Below, one piece after another: positions 50,938 to 61,272 of a DNA stretch of 64,000 nt. The DNA comes from Acidobacteriota bacterium. GTDB lineage: Bacteria; Acidobacteriota; CAIWXX01. Location: positions 1 through 64,000 of the forward strand of contig JBFMAF010000028.1 in the NCBI GenBank assembly GCA_040755995.1. The letters run 5' to 3'. Each line of letters starts with the position of its first letter. The first letter of the stretch is position 1. Below the pieces are notes generated by a model, which saw only the letters and a list, made by a program, of their open reading frames with translations, had not been told where the DNA came from and did no database searches. The translations under genes and the position numbers were made by a program.

Positions 50938-52449
50938 ATGATGCGCATGCGACCGAAACGCTCCCTGATCGCTCTCGTGGCTTTCCTCGCCGTTGCGGCC
51001 GGCGTCCTGTCTCTGGGGCGGGGACATTGGCCGATCGACACCGCGCCCGGCCTCTCGTGGGCGCAGGCCGACGACACCGACGTGCGCCTCACGGGCGCTT
51101 TCCGGGAGGAAAGAGGCGGCTGGACATTCGTCCACATCCAGGGGGAGCCGGGTGTCCGCGGCTACCAATACGGTTACCTCATGGCGCCGGAGATCGACCA
51201 GTTCATCAGGTTCATGAAGGTCTACCTGGAGAAGAACACGGGCAAGAACTGGAGCTACTTCCGGGACGAAACGAAGCGCTTGTTCGGGAGCAAGATCGAG
51301 ATCGAGTACCGGCAAGAGATCGCCGGAATCGCGAAAGGGCTCCAGGCTCGCGGGATGGCGGAAGACGCGCTGGACGTCATGACGACCAACGCGTTCTTCG
51401 AGCTGCTGGGCGCCCTGGAAGAGAGCGAGCGCCGGCAGGGTTTGGCGCCTTCCATGTTTTCGCGCCTCCGCCACATGCGATGCTCCGCTTTCGTCGCCAC
51501 AGGCGAATGGACGAATGACGGGAAGGTGGTCATGGCGCACAACTCGTGGGACGACTACGTCCTGGGACAGCACTGGAACGTGGTCCTTGACGTCAAGCCC
51601 TCCCGGGGACAGCGCATCCTCCTGGAGACAGCACCCGGCCTCATCCACAGCGGCACCGACTTCGCCATCAACTCGGCCGGCATCTGCATCACCGAAACGA
51701 CGATCGGGTTCTTCTCCGGGTTCGACGAGAACGGCCTTCCCGAGTTCATGAGGGCGCGCAAGGCGGCCCAGTACAGCAGGAGCCTGTATGATTTCGTCAG
51801 AATCATGAGCAGAGGCAACAACGGCGGCTACGCCAACACATGGCTCATCGCCGACATCAAGACCAACGAGATCGGCAAGCTGGAGCTGGGCCTCCTGAAC
51901 GTGACCTTCTCCCGCTCGAGAACGGGCTACTACGACGGCGAGAACTACGTGGACGATTCGAAGATGATCCGCGAGGAGTGCGGCCCGACGCTCTGGGGCA
52001 CGCTGGGCAACTGGCCCGACGATCTCGACGGCGCCAACTGCGTGACCGCCCGGCGGCTGAGGTGGCATGCGCTGATGGCCGAGCACAAGGGACGGATCGA
52101 CGCGGATCTCGCAAAAGCGTTCCTGGCGGACCAATTCGAGCAGAAGATCGGGAGGGTCAACCCGGGAGGCATGGTACTCATGGCGCGCATGGAAATCACG
52201 GATGTGCCGGAAATCCCCGGCGCTCCCGCTCCGAGACCCTTCGGCGCCAACGACGGCAAGGTCGTCACGGCAGAGCTCGCGAAGAAGATGAGCTTCTGGG
52301 TCCGCCTCGGACATCCAGACGGATCAGCGTTCGCCTTCGGCCCGTTCCTCCAACAGCACCCCGAATTCGCCTGGCAGGCGCCGTACCTCAAGGACCTCGT
52401 CGACCGCCCGTGGTCCCTGTTCAGGAGCAAGGACGCCCCGGGCAGCTGA
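50938..52449 (+). CDS. Exported C45/phospholipase B-like Ntn hydrolase
   Basis: Signal peptide; RCSAFVATG..AHNSW, DFAINSAG..ETT, NNGGYANTWL. Confidence 0.85.
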   Translation: MMRMRPKRSLIALVAFLAVAAGVLSLGRGHWPIDTAPGLSWAQADDTDVRLTGAFREERGGWTFVHIQGEPGVRGYQYGYLMAPEIDQFIRFMKVYLEKNTGKNWSYFRDETKRLFGSKIEIEYRQEIAGIAKGLQARGMAEDALDVMTTNAFFELLGALEESERRQGLAPSMFSRLRHMRCSAFVATGEWTNDGKVVMAHNSWDDYVLGQHWNVVLDVKPSRGQRILLETAPGLIHSGTDFAINSAGICITETTIGFFSGFDENGLPEFMRARKAAQYSRSLYDFVRIMSRGNNGGYANTWLIADIKTNEIGKLELGLLNVTFSRSRTGYYDGENYVDDSKMIREECGPTLWGTLGNWPDDLDGANCVTARRLRWHALMAEHKGRIDADLAKAFLADQFEQKIGRVNPGGMVLMARMEITDVPEIPGAPAPRPFGANDGKVVTAELAKKMSFWVRLGHPDGSAFAFGPFLQQHPEFAWQAPYLKDLVDRPWSLFRSKDAPGS

Positions 52450-52462
52450 GAGATACTCCCGG

Positions 52463-53353
52463 CTACTCCTCGCCGAGCAGCCGCCGCTGGGCGTGGAGCG
52501 AGGCCGAGGAGTAGGCAGGCGTGATCGCGTCCAGGAAGCGATCGGCGCCGCGCCAGAATGGGAAGGCGCCGAGGCGTCGAGGGAGCGCGGCAGCCATCGG
52601 CGGGATATGAACCTCGCCCAGCCAGCCGGTAGGGAAATCCGCACCGTGCCAGAAAGCAGCGGGAGTCGCGTCGAGCGGCTCGCCGGCCGCTTCCGACTTA
52701 TCTACGGCTGTAGTAACCTGCGCCTCCTCCGCCGCAGCCTGCGCGCGGCCGAGCCCCGCCGTCAAGTGCTCGCGTTCGACCCCGCGCAGCTTGAAGATCA
52801 GAAACGGGTCGCGGTCGAACTCCTCGCCCAACAGGTAGTACACCGCGGCGATGTGCTTGCAGGGATTGGACCAGTCAGGGCAGGAGCACTGCGTATCGAG
52901 ATCGTTGAGCCGCTCGGGGAACAGCGACATGCCAGCCCCTGTGAGAGCGCTCTCGACGTCCTTCGGCATCTCGCCTGCCAGCAGCTTCGCGGCGAAGATG
53001 GCCTGTTGCGAGATCGCTCTCATCAGCTTCGCCCTTTCGGCCTCTTTCATCGTCTTCACTTTGATCTTGACGCTGTAAGGCTTTGGGCGTGAGCCCTGGA
53101 CCTGCGCGGTGACGCCGCCTGCCTGGAGGTCTATGGACAGCACCTGTCCGCTGCGTGCGTATGATCGGCCGCGGTGCAGCCGCGCGCCTATGTCGAAGCC
53201 CTCCAGCACCTCGATCCACCGCTTCGCCCACCAGCTCTCGGCGAACTCACCGCGCTTCGCCTGAGCCTTGATTCCGCCCTTCGCCTCAATCGGGACGGAT
53301 CGCGGGTAGAAGTCGGAGTAGTCATACCTGCGACGGCGCCTCCACCATGCCAT
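52463..53353 (-). CDS. SWIM zinc finger protein
   Basis: RGRSYARSGQV, CSCPDWSNPCKHIAAVYY, DPFLIFKLRG. Confidence 0.92.
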   Translation of the reverse strand: MAWWRRRRRYDYSDFYPRSVPIEAKGGIKAQAKRGEFAESWWAKRWIEVLEGFDIGARLHRGRSYARSGQVLSIDLQAGGVTAQVQGSRPKPYSVKIKVKTMKEAERAKLMRAISQQAIFAAKLLAGEMPKDVESALTGAGMSLFPERLNDLDTQCSCPDWSNPCKHIAAVYYLLGEEFDRDPFLIFKLRGVEREHLTAGLGRAQAAAEEAQVTTAVDKSEAAGEPLDATPAAFWHGADFPTGWLGEVHIPPMAAALPRRLGAFPFWRGADRFLDAITPAYSSASLHAQRRLLGEE

Positions 53354-53387
53354 ACTCAGCCCTCACTCTTCCGAATCGATCATCGTC

Positions 53388-56300
53388 TTACTCCTGGACC
53401 GCCTCGTCGCGCAGCGCGAAGAGCTCCTTGAGCTCACTCGTGCTGAGCTCCGTCAGCCACCCCTCCCCAGTCCCGACCACCCGGGCCGAGATCTCGCTCT
53501 TCCGCTCGATCATCTCGTCTATTCTCTCTTCCACGGTTCCCTGGCAGATGAACTTGTGCACCTGCACGTTGCGGGTCTGGCCGATCCTGAATGCACGGTC
53601 AGTCGCCTGGTTTTCAACGGCCGGGTTCCACCAGCGGTCGAAATGGAAGACGTGGCTGGCGCGGGTGAGATTCAGGCCGGTGCCGCCCGCCTTCAGCGAA
53701 AGCAGGAACACAGGCGGCGCCTCGCCGTCGCCCTGGAAGCGCGCGACCATGGCGTCGCGCTGCTTCTTCGGCGTCGCGCCGTGCAAGAACAGGATCTCGC
53801 GGCCGAAGGTCTCCTGCAGGTACCGCTGCAAGATCGCACCCATCTCGGCGAACTGCGTGAAGACGAGGGCGCAATCGCCCGCGAGGATCATCTCGTCGAG
53901 CATCTCCGTGAGGCGGGCGAGCTTGCCTGAGCGTCCGGGTATCTGGCTGCCGTCGCCGAGGAGCTGAGCGGGATGGTTGCATGCCTGCTTGAGCTTCATG
54001 AGCGTCGCCAGCACCAGCCCCTTCCTCTGGATACCCTCGGCTCCATCCAGCTCCTGCTCCGCATCCCTCACCACCGCGGCGTAGAGCGATGCCTGCTCCT
54101 TCGTCAGCGGGCAGTAGACCTTCATCTCCAGCTTGTCCGGCAGATCCGCGATCACCGTCTTGTCGGTCTTCAGCCGTCTCAGGATGAACGGCCCGGTGAG
54201 GCGCTTCAGGCGCTCGACTGCATGCGGGTCCTTGTCAACCTGGATAGGAAGGAAGAACCGCCGCTTGAAGTCGCTGTTCGTGCCGAGATAGCCGGGATTG
54301 AGAAACTCCATGATCGACCACAGATCGCCGACGTTGTTCTCGACCGGCGTACCCGTCAGCGCAATGCGACAGTCGGCCTGCAGCGAGCGGGCGCATCGCG
54401 CCTGTTTCGTCTCGGGGTTCTTGATGTTCTGCGCCTCGTCGAGCACGATCGCGCCCCACGCGACGTCTTTGAACAGGTCGAAGTCGCGGTGCAGAAGCGG
54501 ATAGCTGCTCACTACGAGAGCATGCCTGGCGGCCTGCTTTCGGAAGGCCGCGCCCCTCATGCGCTCGGTCCCGTGATGGACCAGGACGGGGAGATCCGGC
54601 GTGAAGCGCTCCGCTTCCTTCTGCCAGTTGCCGGTGACCGAGGTCGGGCAGATCAGCAGCACCGGGGCGCGCCGGTTCTCCCGCCAGTCTCGCTGGATCA
54701 ACGCGAGCACCTGGATGGTCTTGCCCAGACCCATGTCGTCGGCCAGGCACGCGCCCAGTCCCCAGCGGCGCAGGAAAGCGAGCCACGAGTACCCTCGGAG
54801 CTGGTACGGTCGCAGCCGCCCTTCGAACCCCTCGGGATGGCCGAACTCCGAGTACGGAGCGCTGCCGTCGAGCTGCGCCAACAACTCCCCGATCCAACCC
54901 TCCGCCACCGCACTCTGGATCTCGACACCCGCCACCGGCGCCGCGGCGCCGAGACCCATGCGCACGATGTCTCGCACGCGCATCTGTCCGCCGCCGTTCT
55001 TCCACAGGTCGACAGCGGCGCGGATCTGGTCTGCCGACAGTTGTACCCACTGCCCCCTGAGTCGCACGAGGGGCGCCTTGAGTTTCGCCAGCGCCTCCAG
55101 CTCGGCTCGTGAGAGTGTCGCGTCCCCCAGCGCCACCTCCCAATCGAAGCCCACAACCGCGTCCAGCGTGAGACCGCTCGGGCTCTTCAGCGGCGCGCCG
55201 GCGACGCGCGCACGCGCGGCAAGCCGCAGCTTCGTGCCTCTGCCGGTCCACCATGCTGGTGCCATCACGACGAAGCCGGACTGTTCGAGGGCGGCCGCCT
55301 TCTCCGTCAGGAACTCGGAGGCGCCGGCTGTGTCGAGGGGGTAGCCCGATGGTTCGGCCGCGTTGAGGCAAGCCTCTATGCGCGGGCAGATGCCGGCGGC
55401 CTGGCCCAGCGCCGCCAGCAGATACTCCCGTGGACTCGAATCGCCACGCGGAAGCAAGACGGTTCGCGCCGTGTGATCCTTCCATATGTCGGATGCTTCT
55501 ACGAGGAGGCTCGGGTCGGCCGCTGGCTGCAGCAGAAAGCGCACGAACCAGCTCGCCAGGTCTTCCCTCTTCCGCGCGGTACGTTTCGGCCGCCCCGGCG
55601 GCTCGGCGTCCGCGCGGCCGTCGGGTTCGGGCGGCTCCTCCAGCCGGAAGCACAGCTTGACGGGCGCCGCCTCGGTCATCTGCAGCGGCAAGCGCCATGA
55701 GCGGATATCGGCGGCCAGCTTCTCGATCTCGTCATGGCCGCCCAGCATGAATCCGTCATCTTCGTGCAGCGCGTGCATCCACTGATCGTGGGTGCTGTCG
55801 AAGATGCGCCTTCGCCTGGGAGCCGGCAGCGGGGGCAATGCGGCGGAAGGGAGTCCGGACCTGACGATGTGGTCCACGACCGAGGTGAGGAACGCTGTGA
55901 GGGCCGCCGAGGGTGAGGCAGGAGGCACCTCCGGGTCGCTCGTGAGCGCGCGGGCCGAGTGGGGCATGACCGCTGCGAGTTTCTGCAAGCGATCGGCGTC
56001 GACCCCTCCGACTACCGGTTCCCATCGCGCGTACCAGCCGTCTTCCAGCCTCGCAAGGCCCGGCAAGAACTGCTGGCGTGCGACGAGCGCGGAGGCGAAT
56101 CGGAGCGCACCAGCCCAGAATCGCAGGTCGCGAGCGATGAGAACCCCCGGGCCGAGCGTCTCGCGATCAAGGCACTCGCCGAGGAGTTGCGTGGCCTGCG
56201 TTGGCGAGAGCCTCAAAGCCTCCACTGTCCACTTCGACATCACGATCTCCGAGCCCTCCTGCGGCGGCTCCGCCACCAGCGGTGTGGATGCGATGGGCCG

Positions 56301-56543
56301 CCCGTCCCGGGCCGGAATCGAGATCGTGAGGCGCTGCACGTCTCTCGTTGCGGCCCAGTTCTCGCCAAGAACGCCGGCGAGCGTACCCGTGATCGCCTTG
56401 GTGCCCGCGCCGAACGGCAGCGGATTCGCCCGGCTGGTCCTGGCCGAGCGCCCCCGCTTGCGAGCCGGTGCCGGTGTATCGACTGGCTGCTCGGCCCAGA
56501 GGAACAACTCGTGCGCAACTTGTGCGGCATGCAATACGATCAT
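53388..56543 (-). CDS. SNF2-family helicase (DUF3670-type)
   Basis: LRPYQ, LADDMGLGKT, DEAQNIKN, TGTPVEN, SLKAGGTGLNL, QATDRAFRIGQ. Confidence 0.95.
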   Translation of the reverse strand: MIVLHAAQVAHELFLWAEQPVDTPAPARKRGRSARTSRANPLPFGAGTKAITGTLAGVLGENWAATRDVQRLTISIPARDGRPIASTPLVAEPPQEGSEIVMSKWTVEALRLSPTQATQLLGECLDRETLGPGVLIARDLRFWAGALRFASALVARQQFLPGLARLEDGWYARWEPVVGGVDADRLQKLAAVMPHSARALTSDPEVPPASPSAALTAFLTSVVDHIVRSGLPSAALPPLPAPRRRRIFDSTHDQWMHALHEDDGFMLGGHDEIEKLAADIRSWRLPLQMTEAAPVKLCFRLEEPPEPDGRADAEPPGRPKRTARKREDLASWFVRFLLQPAADPSLLVEASDIWKDHTARTVLLPRGDSSPREYLLAALGQAAGICPRIEACLNAAEPSGYPLDTAGASEFLTEKAAALEQSGFVVMAPAWWTGRGTKLRLAARARVAGAPLKSPSGLTLDAVVGFDWEVALGDATLSRAELEALAKLKAPLVRLRGQWVQLSADQIRAAVDLWKNGGGQMRVRDIVRMGLGAAAPVAGVEIQSAVAEGWIGELLAQLDGSAPYSEFGHPEGFEGRLRPYQLRGYSWLAFLRRWGLGACLADDMGLGKTIQVLALIQRDWRENRRAPVLLICPTSVTGNWQKEAERFTPDLPVLVHHGTERMRGAAFRKQAARHALVVSSYPLLHRDFDLFKDVAWGAIVLDEAQNIKNPETKQARCARSLQADCRIALTGTPVENNVGDLWSIMEFLNPGYLGTNSDFKRRFFLPIQVDKDPHAVERLKRLTGPFILRRLKTDKTVIADLPDKLEMKVYCPLTKEQASLYAAVVRDAEQELDGAEGIQRKGLVLATLMKLKQACNHPAQLLGDGSQIPGRSGKLARLTEMLDEMILAGDCALVFTQFAEMGAILQRYLQETFGREILFLHGATPKKQRDAMVARFQGDGEAPPVFLLSLKAGGTGLNLTRASHVFHFDRWWNPAVENQATDRAFRIGQTRNVQVHKFICQGTVEERIDEMIERKSEISARVVGTGEGWLTELSTSELKELFALRDEAVQE

Positions 56544-56657
56544 GTGATCACCTTGCCGTCGCTTCTGCGCGACGGAGCAGACTGCGGAGCTTGTTCTGCG
56601 TGGACTCGGCCGCGCCGCTGCCGGCGCCGTCGACCCATCGCATCAGCCTCGGGTCGT

Positions 56658-59264
56658 TCATGCCGTCTCCGCGAGGCGCGCGATCCACTCCTCGGCTTCC
56701 GCGACTGCGGGCCGGGCCAGGCTTTCGTCGACTTCAACGCCCTGGGTCTCGAGGGTGGTGAGGTCGTGCAACCGCGCGAGCGCTGACGGAGCGGCGTGTG
56801 GGAGCCGGCCGCTCGGGATCAGATCGCGGTATATGCAGGCCACGAGCGCGGCGTGACCCTGTGGCGGAGCTCCCTCGGTTCGGGTGGCGATGGCCGCCGC
56901 CAGGGCCTCGTATGAGGCCCTCACCGCATCGCCCCAGAAGCCCGCATCGAGCACGACTCTGGCGAGGCGTATCCTGTTCTGGGCCCTGGCATGCGCCCTT
57001 GGTTGGGACAGTGGCGCAGGCTGCCGCGCAGGCTCCTGAGTCATCGGCACCACGATCTCGCCCGTGGCCAGGACTGCATGGGACTCCGGCTGCGGACGGG
57101 CCTCGATCTGAGCTTGAGCGGCAGGCTCGACAACAGCCTCGACGGGCTCCTGCAAGCGCGTCTCCTCCTCGGTGCCCACGATCTCTACGTCCTCGCCCGG
57201 CTCGGCTACTTGCTCGAGCACCTCATGAAGCTGCCGCAAGAACACCGAGAAACTGGCGGTTTCCACGCTCTCCACATCGCTCGACTGATCCAGCGCCGCC
57301 GTCCGAATTTCGCGCTTCCGCGACAGAGTCTGTTCGATGCCTCGCTCGATACCGCTCTCCGAGCACAGGTAGGTCGCGAAGACGCCGCGGGTCTGCCCCA
57401 GTCTGTGAGCGCGGGAGGTGCGTTGATCGAGCCGCCCGGGATTCCAGGGGAGATCGAGATGAACAACGTAGTTGGCCACCTGCAGGTTCAGCCCCACCCC
57501 GCCGGCGTCAGTTGAAAGCAGCACTCTGTGCCGATCATCGCGGCGGAAGCGGTCGAGGAGCGCCGGGCGCTTGTCGGTCGGAACTCCTCCGTGAAGCATC
57601 GCGTAGCCGATCGACTGGCCATCGAGCCGGTCAGCGGCCAGATTGAGCATCTGCACCCACTCGGAGAACACGAGCACCTTGCTCTCACCCTGCGAGGCGA
57701 TTTCGGAGATCAGGGCTTCGAACTCGTCGAGTTTTGGAGATGCCTTCGTCCTACTTGCCGGATCGCAGAGCTCCAGCGCGTTGCACGCCTGCCTCGCCTT
57801 GAGCAGCAGCGCCTGAAGCTTCTTCTGCTCGTCGGGACGCAGCGGTCTTCTTTCGGCGATGGCCATCAGGCGCGCCGCATCGGCGCGATAAGCCGATTCC
57901 AGGTCGGCCTGCTCTTTCGTCAACGGCGTGTATCGGGTCTGCTCGGTGAGCGACGGAAGCTGCGAAAGCACCTCCTCCTTGCGGCGCCGGAGCACTACTG
58001 GCTCGACTCGCTTGCGGAGGGACGAGAGGTTCTTGCAACCGATGATCTTGCCCTTGTCATTCTGGTGGTGGAAGTCGAGATTGAATCTCCAGAGTGGCCC
58101 CAAGACCTCGGGATCGATGAGCTGCAGCAACGAATAGAGATCGTCGAGGCGATTCTCGATGGGCGTGCCGGTCAAGACGAAGAGGAACCGTGATGGGATC
58201 GCGCGCAGAGTCTTCGCCGTCTTCGTTCGGAAGTTCTTGGCGCGCTGTGCTTCGTCGAGGATGAGAATATCGGTGTCGAGGTCCTGCAGGCGAGGGAGCT
58301 CTTTCCAGGTCAGCTCGTAGTTGAGCACCTTGTACGGGGCGTCCGACTCGAAGGCGGCTCGCCGGCCATGAAGTCCGCCTCCGACGACGGCTGCCCTGAC
58401 GTTGGCGTAGCGTTCGATCTCCTTGGCCCACTGGTGCTTCAACGATGCCGGCGTCACGACCACGACTCGATTCACTTCGCCGCGTGCTCTGAGGACCTCG
58501 CACGCAGCAATGGCCTGCACGGTCTTTCCGAGCCCCATGTCGTCGGCCAGGAGTGCGCGACCGGACGAGGCGAGGTGTTTCACGCCGTCGTGCTGGTATG
58601 GAAACAGCGGTCGCGCGAGGACGTCGACGCCGATGCGTCCATCGACGAGCGCGCGCAGCAGACCATCGCGGCGCCCGTCGGTCCGCGCCCTGGCCCGGAT
58701 TCGTTCGACGGCGGGCATGACCGCATGGACGACCCGCACCGCGTGTTCGTTCCACGCCTGATCTGGAGAAACCGGCGCTTCCCACTCGACGAACCCGCCG
58801 TCGCCGCCGGTCGTCAGCCCGAGGGCATCGAGCTGCTGGCGTGTCCATCGCCCGGCGGTCCGCAGTCGAATCCTGCCTCGGGCATCTACGGTGAGCGTTG
58901 GAATGAGGGGCGACTGAGGTAGCTGCTGCCAGGCACGGCGTGGACGCGGGATGGAAGTCAAGGCACGAGAGACGGCCTCGAGGTGCTTGCACGTGCCCAG
59001 CTCGTTGCTCAGGAAATCGGGGCAGGAGCATGTGTCATGACTGTGGCTCCCGTCGACGACGTCGACGAGGTAGGCGCCGCCGCTGGCCCCCGCCACCTCA
59101 TAGCACCCATCGATCCGATCGTCTCGCGGCGTCACGATGAAAGGCTCCGAGTAAGCTCGATGCCGCCGCACCTCGCGCTCGTACATCACCACGGCCTCCG
59201 CGCTCTCGAAATCCGAGCACACCGGTGCCGTACGTCTCACCGGAAGCAATCGAATCGACTTCAT
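56658..59264 (-). CDS. SWIM-SNF2 helicase with C-terminal HEPN-like helical domain
   Basis: CSCPDF..CKH; LADDMGLGKT, DEAQ, STDAGGVGLNLQ, QRTSRAHRLGQ; tail ARVVLDAGFWGDAVRASYEA. Confidence 0.9.
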   Translation of the reverse strand: MKSIRLLPVRRTAPVCSDFESAEAVVMYEREVRRHRAYSEPFIVTPRDDRIDGCYEVAGASGGAYLVDVVDGSHSHDTCSCPDFLSNELGTCKHLEAVSRALTSIPRPRRAWQQLPQSPLIPTLTVDARGRIRLRTAGRWTRQQLDALGLTTGGDGGFVEWEAPVSPDQAWNEHAVRVVHAVMPAVERIRARARTDGRRDGLLRALVDGRIGVDVLARPLFPYQHDGVKHLASSGRALLADDMGLGKTVQAIAACEVLRARGEVNRVVVVTPASLKHQWAKEIERYANVRAAVVGGGLHGRRAAFESDAPYKVLNYELTWKELPRLQDLDTDILILDEAQRAKNFRTKTAKTLRAIPSRFLFVLTGTPIENRLDDLYSLLQLIDPEVLGPLWRFNLDFHHQNDKGKIIGCKNLSSLRKRVEPVVLRRRKEEVLSQLPSLTEQTRYTPLTKEQADLESAYRADAARLMAIAERRPLRPDEQKKLQALLLKARQACNALELCDPASRTKASPKLDEFEALISEIASQGESKVLVFSEWVQMLNLAADRLDGQSIGYAMLHGGVPTDKRPALLDRFRRDDRHRVLLSTDAGGVGLNLQVANYVVHLDLPWNPGRLDQRTSRAHRLGQTRGVFATYLCSESGIERGIEQTLSRKREIRTAALDQSSDVESVETASFSVFLRQLHEVLEQVAEPGEDVEIVGTEEETRLQEPVEAVVEPAAQAQIEARPQPESHAVLATGEIVVPMTQEPARQPAPLSQPRAHARAQNRIRLARVVLDAGFWGDAVRASYEALAAAIATRTEGAPPQGHAALVACIYRDLIPSGRLPHAAPSALARLHDLTTLETQGVEVDESLARPAVAEAEEWIARLAETA

Positions 59265-59469
59265 CAGACTCCTCCCCTCTGTGGTCCGGAAGCAAGTACG
59301 TTACGCCCGGAGGGGGATGGCGGTCAAGGGCATCTGCCGACTTCGGATTGAACCCGTGGGTTCTTCGAGGCTACCAAGTCGTCGACGTTGTCATGGTGTC
59401 GCGAAAGAACACGGCTCACGGGCGGCCTGGCGAAGGCGAGCGGCCGCCGCGGAGCCGCTTGTGGTACGT

Positions 59470-59865
<396 letters not shown>

Positions 59866-59981
59866 CTATTCCTTTGCAAGCGTATGACCAATGTTCATGT
59901 GGTTTCCAGACAAACGCGGTTTCTTCCCTTTCCCTCCAGATGATAAGCGGCATAGAACCCCGCGTCAACATGGCTGCAGTC

Positions 59982-60018
59982 GATTCAATGGGGCCGCGGA
60001 CTGTTCACGACGGTGTAC
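59982..60018 (-). CRISPR. Single degenerate CRISPR-like repeat (type I-G style); not an array
   Basis: Minus strand GTACACCGTCGTGAACAGTCCGCGGCCCCATTGAATC; 37 bp with GGCCCCATTGAA end; one copy only, no cas genes. Confidence 0.35.
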
Positions 60019-60056
60019 CACGACTTCGCGGCGCCGCCTGACCCGCGCCGGGCGCG

Positions 60057-60197
60057 CTACCGAGAGGAGGGCTTTGGCCTGTAGTCGCGACGGTCGAGGC
60101 ACGAGTATGTATGGCCGAACGCGTCTCGTGCAGAATGGTAGAGATTCTGGCCGTCGAAGAATTCCACGGCTCGCTTGACGGATGCTTCTGCTGGCAT
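60057..60197 (-). pseudogene. Miniature NYN-domain ORF, copy A (46 aa)
   Basis: MPAEASVKRAVEFFDGQNLYHSARDAFGHTYSCLDRRDYRPKPSSR; FxDGQNLY is the first NYN catalytic motif. Confidence 0.7.
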
Positions 60198-60219
60198 TCT
60201 CAGGTCCCGAAATGGATAA

Positions 60220-60252
60220 CCCCGCCCGGGCCTACCGGCGTGTCGAGCGGGG
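60220..60252 (-). ncRNA. Conserved structured RNA hairpin, copy A
   Basis: CCCCGC-UCG-ACAC-GCC-GGUA-GGC-C-CGG-GCGGGG between a TTGACA-17-TATGTT promoter (60298-60270) and the ATG. Confidence 0.6.
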
Positions 60253-60361
60253 AGCAAGTGTGCACTAGAAACATAAGACCGTGCGTGCTCGCTGTCAACT
60301 GCCCAGTGCAGCGGCAGTCAGTCTCTTGACGCTCCGGGTATTCACATGTCATACTCTGGAC

Positions 60362-60598
60362 ATGAAGATTGCGATTTCCGTTCCAGATCCTGTGTTCGAG
60401 GCCGCGGAGCGCATGTCGCGCCGAATGCGCGTGTCGCGAAGCCGTCTGTATGCCAAAGCAGTTGAAGACTACGTGAACAGACACTCGGGCGAGGAGATTA
60501 CCGCGCAACTCGACAGGGTGTATTCGCGGACCTCATCGAAGCTCGATCCTGCCATTGAGAGAGGGACGCTGGAGGTGCTCCGGCGGGAGGGACGGTAG
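60362..60598 (+). CDS. RHH antitoxin (ChpI/MazE-like)
   Basis: MKIAISVPDPVFEAAE..SRSRLYAKAV..ITAQLDRVY. Confidence 0.88.
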   Translation: MKIAISVPDPVFEAAERMSRRMRVSRSRLYAKAVEDYVNRHSGEEITAQLDRVYSRTSSKLDPAIERGTLEVLRREGR

Positions 60599-60936
60599 TG
60601 AATCGAGGAGACATCTGGTGGGCGGATTTCGGCATGCCGTTCGGTTCGGAGCCCGGCTACAGGCGCCCCGTCCTTGTGCTCCAAGCGGATCAATTCAATC
60701 GCAGCCGCATCCAGACGGTGATAGTGGTGCCCATGTCGGGCAACACTCGCCTGGCTGAGGCCCCCGGGAACGTGCTCTGCCGGCCTGGAGACACCGGGCT
60801 CGAGAAACTATCCGTCGCGAACGTCTCTCAGCTCGCGGTAATCGACAGGAAGCGCCTGCAGGAGAGAATGGGGACACTTCCGCCGCGGCTGTTGACACAA
60901 GTCGAAGAAGGCGTGCGTCTCGTCCTCGATCTCTGA
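60598..60936 (+). CDS. mazF: PemK/MazF family toxin
   Basis: RGDIWWAD..GSEPGYRRPVLVLQ..FN..SVANVSQL. Confidence 0.92.
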   Translation: MNRGDIWWADFGMPFGSEPGYRRPVLVLQADQFNRSRIQTVIVVPMSGNTRLAEAPGNVLCRPGDTGLEKLSVANVSQLAVIDRKRLQERMGTLPPRLLTQVEEGVRLVLDL

Positions 60937-60951
60937 GCCGCGCCGGGCGCG

Positions 60952-61092
60952 CTACTGTGCGGTGGACTTTGCTTTATAGCCGCGACGGTCGAGGCACGAG
61001 TATGTATGGCCGAACGCCTCTCGTGGCGAACGGCGTAGATTCCGGCCATGCACCACGTCGACAGCCCGCTGGACCGGTGGTGCTGCCGGCAT
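60952..61092 (-). pseudogene. Miniature NYN-domain ORF, copy B (46 aa, catalytic Asp lost)
   Basis: MPAAPPVQRAVDVVHGRNLRRSPREAFGHTYSCLDRRGYKAKSTAQ; 37 bp identical to copy A. Confidence 0.65.
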
Positions 61093-61116
61093 ATATGCCC
61101 TCACAGGAAGAAATAA

Positions 61117-61156
61117 CCCCGATCGAGGCCTGACGAAGCAGGCGTGTCAAGCGGGG
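61117..61156 (-). ncRNA. Conserved structured RNA hairpin, copy B
   Basis: CCCCG-C-UUGA-CAC-GCCUG-CUUCGU-CAGGC-C-UCGA-U-CGGGG. Confidence 0.55.
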
Positions 61157-61251
61157 CGCATAGCATGTGCGAAGCACTCGGGAGCCGAGTGGTACACGTT
61201 CTGCCCGTCGATGAATACCACGACTCGCTTGACGGGTGGTTCTGTTGGCAT
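61147..61251 (-). pseudogene. NYN N-terminal fragment, copy C (34 aa)
   Basis: MPTEPPVKRVVVFIDGQNVYHSAPECFAHAMRPA. Confidence 0.7.
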
Positions 61252-61272
61252 TCCTGGTCCAGAGATGGATAA

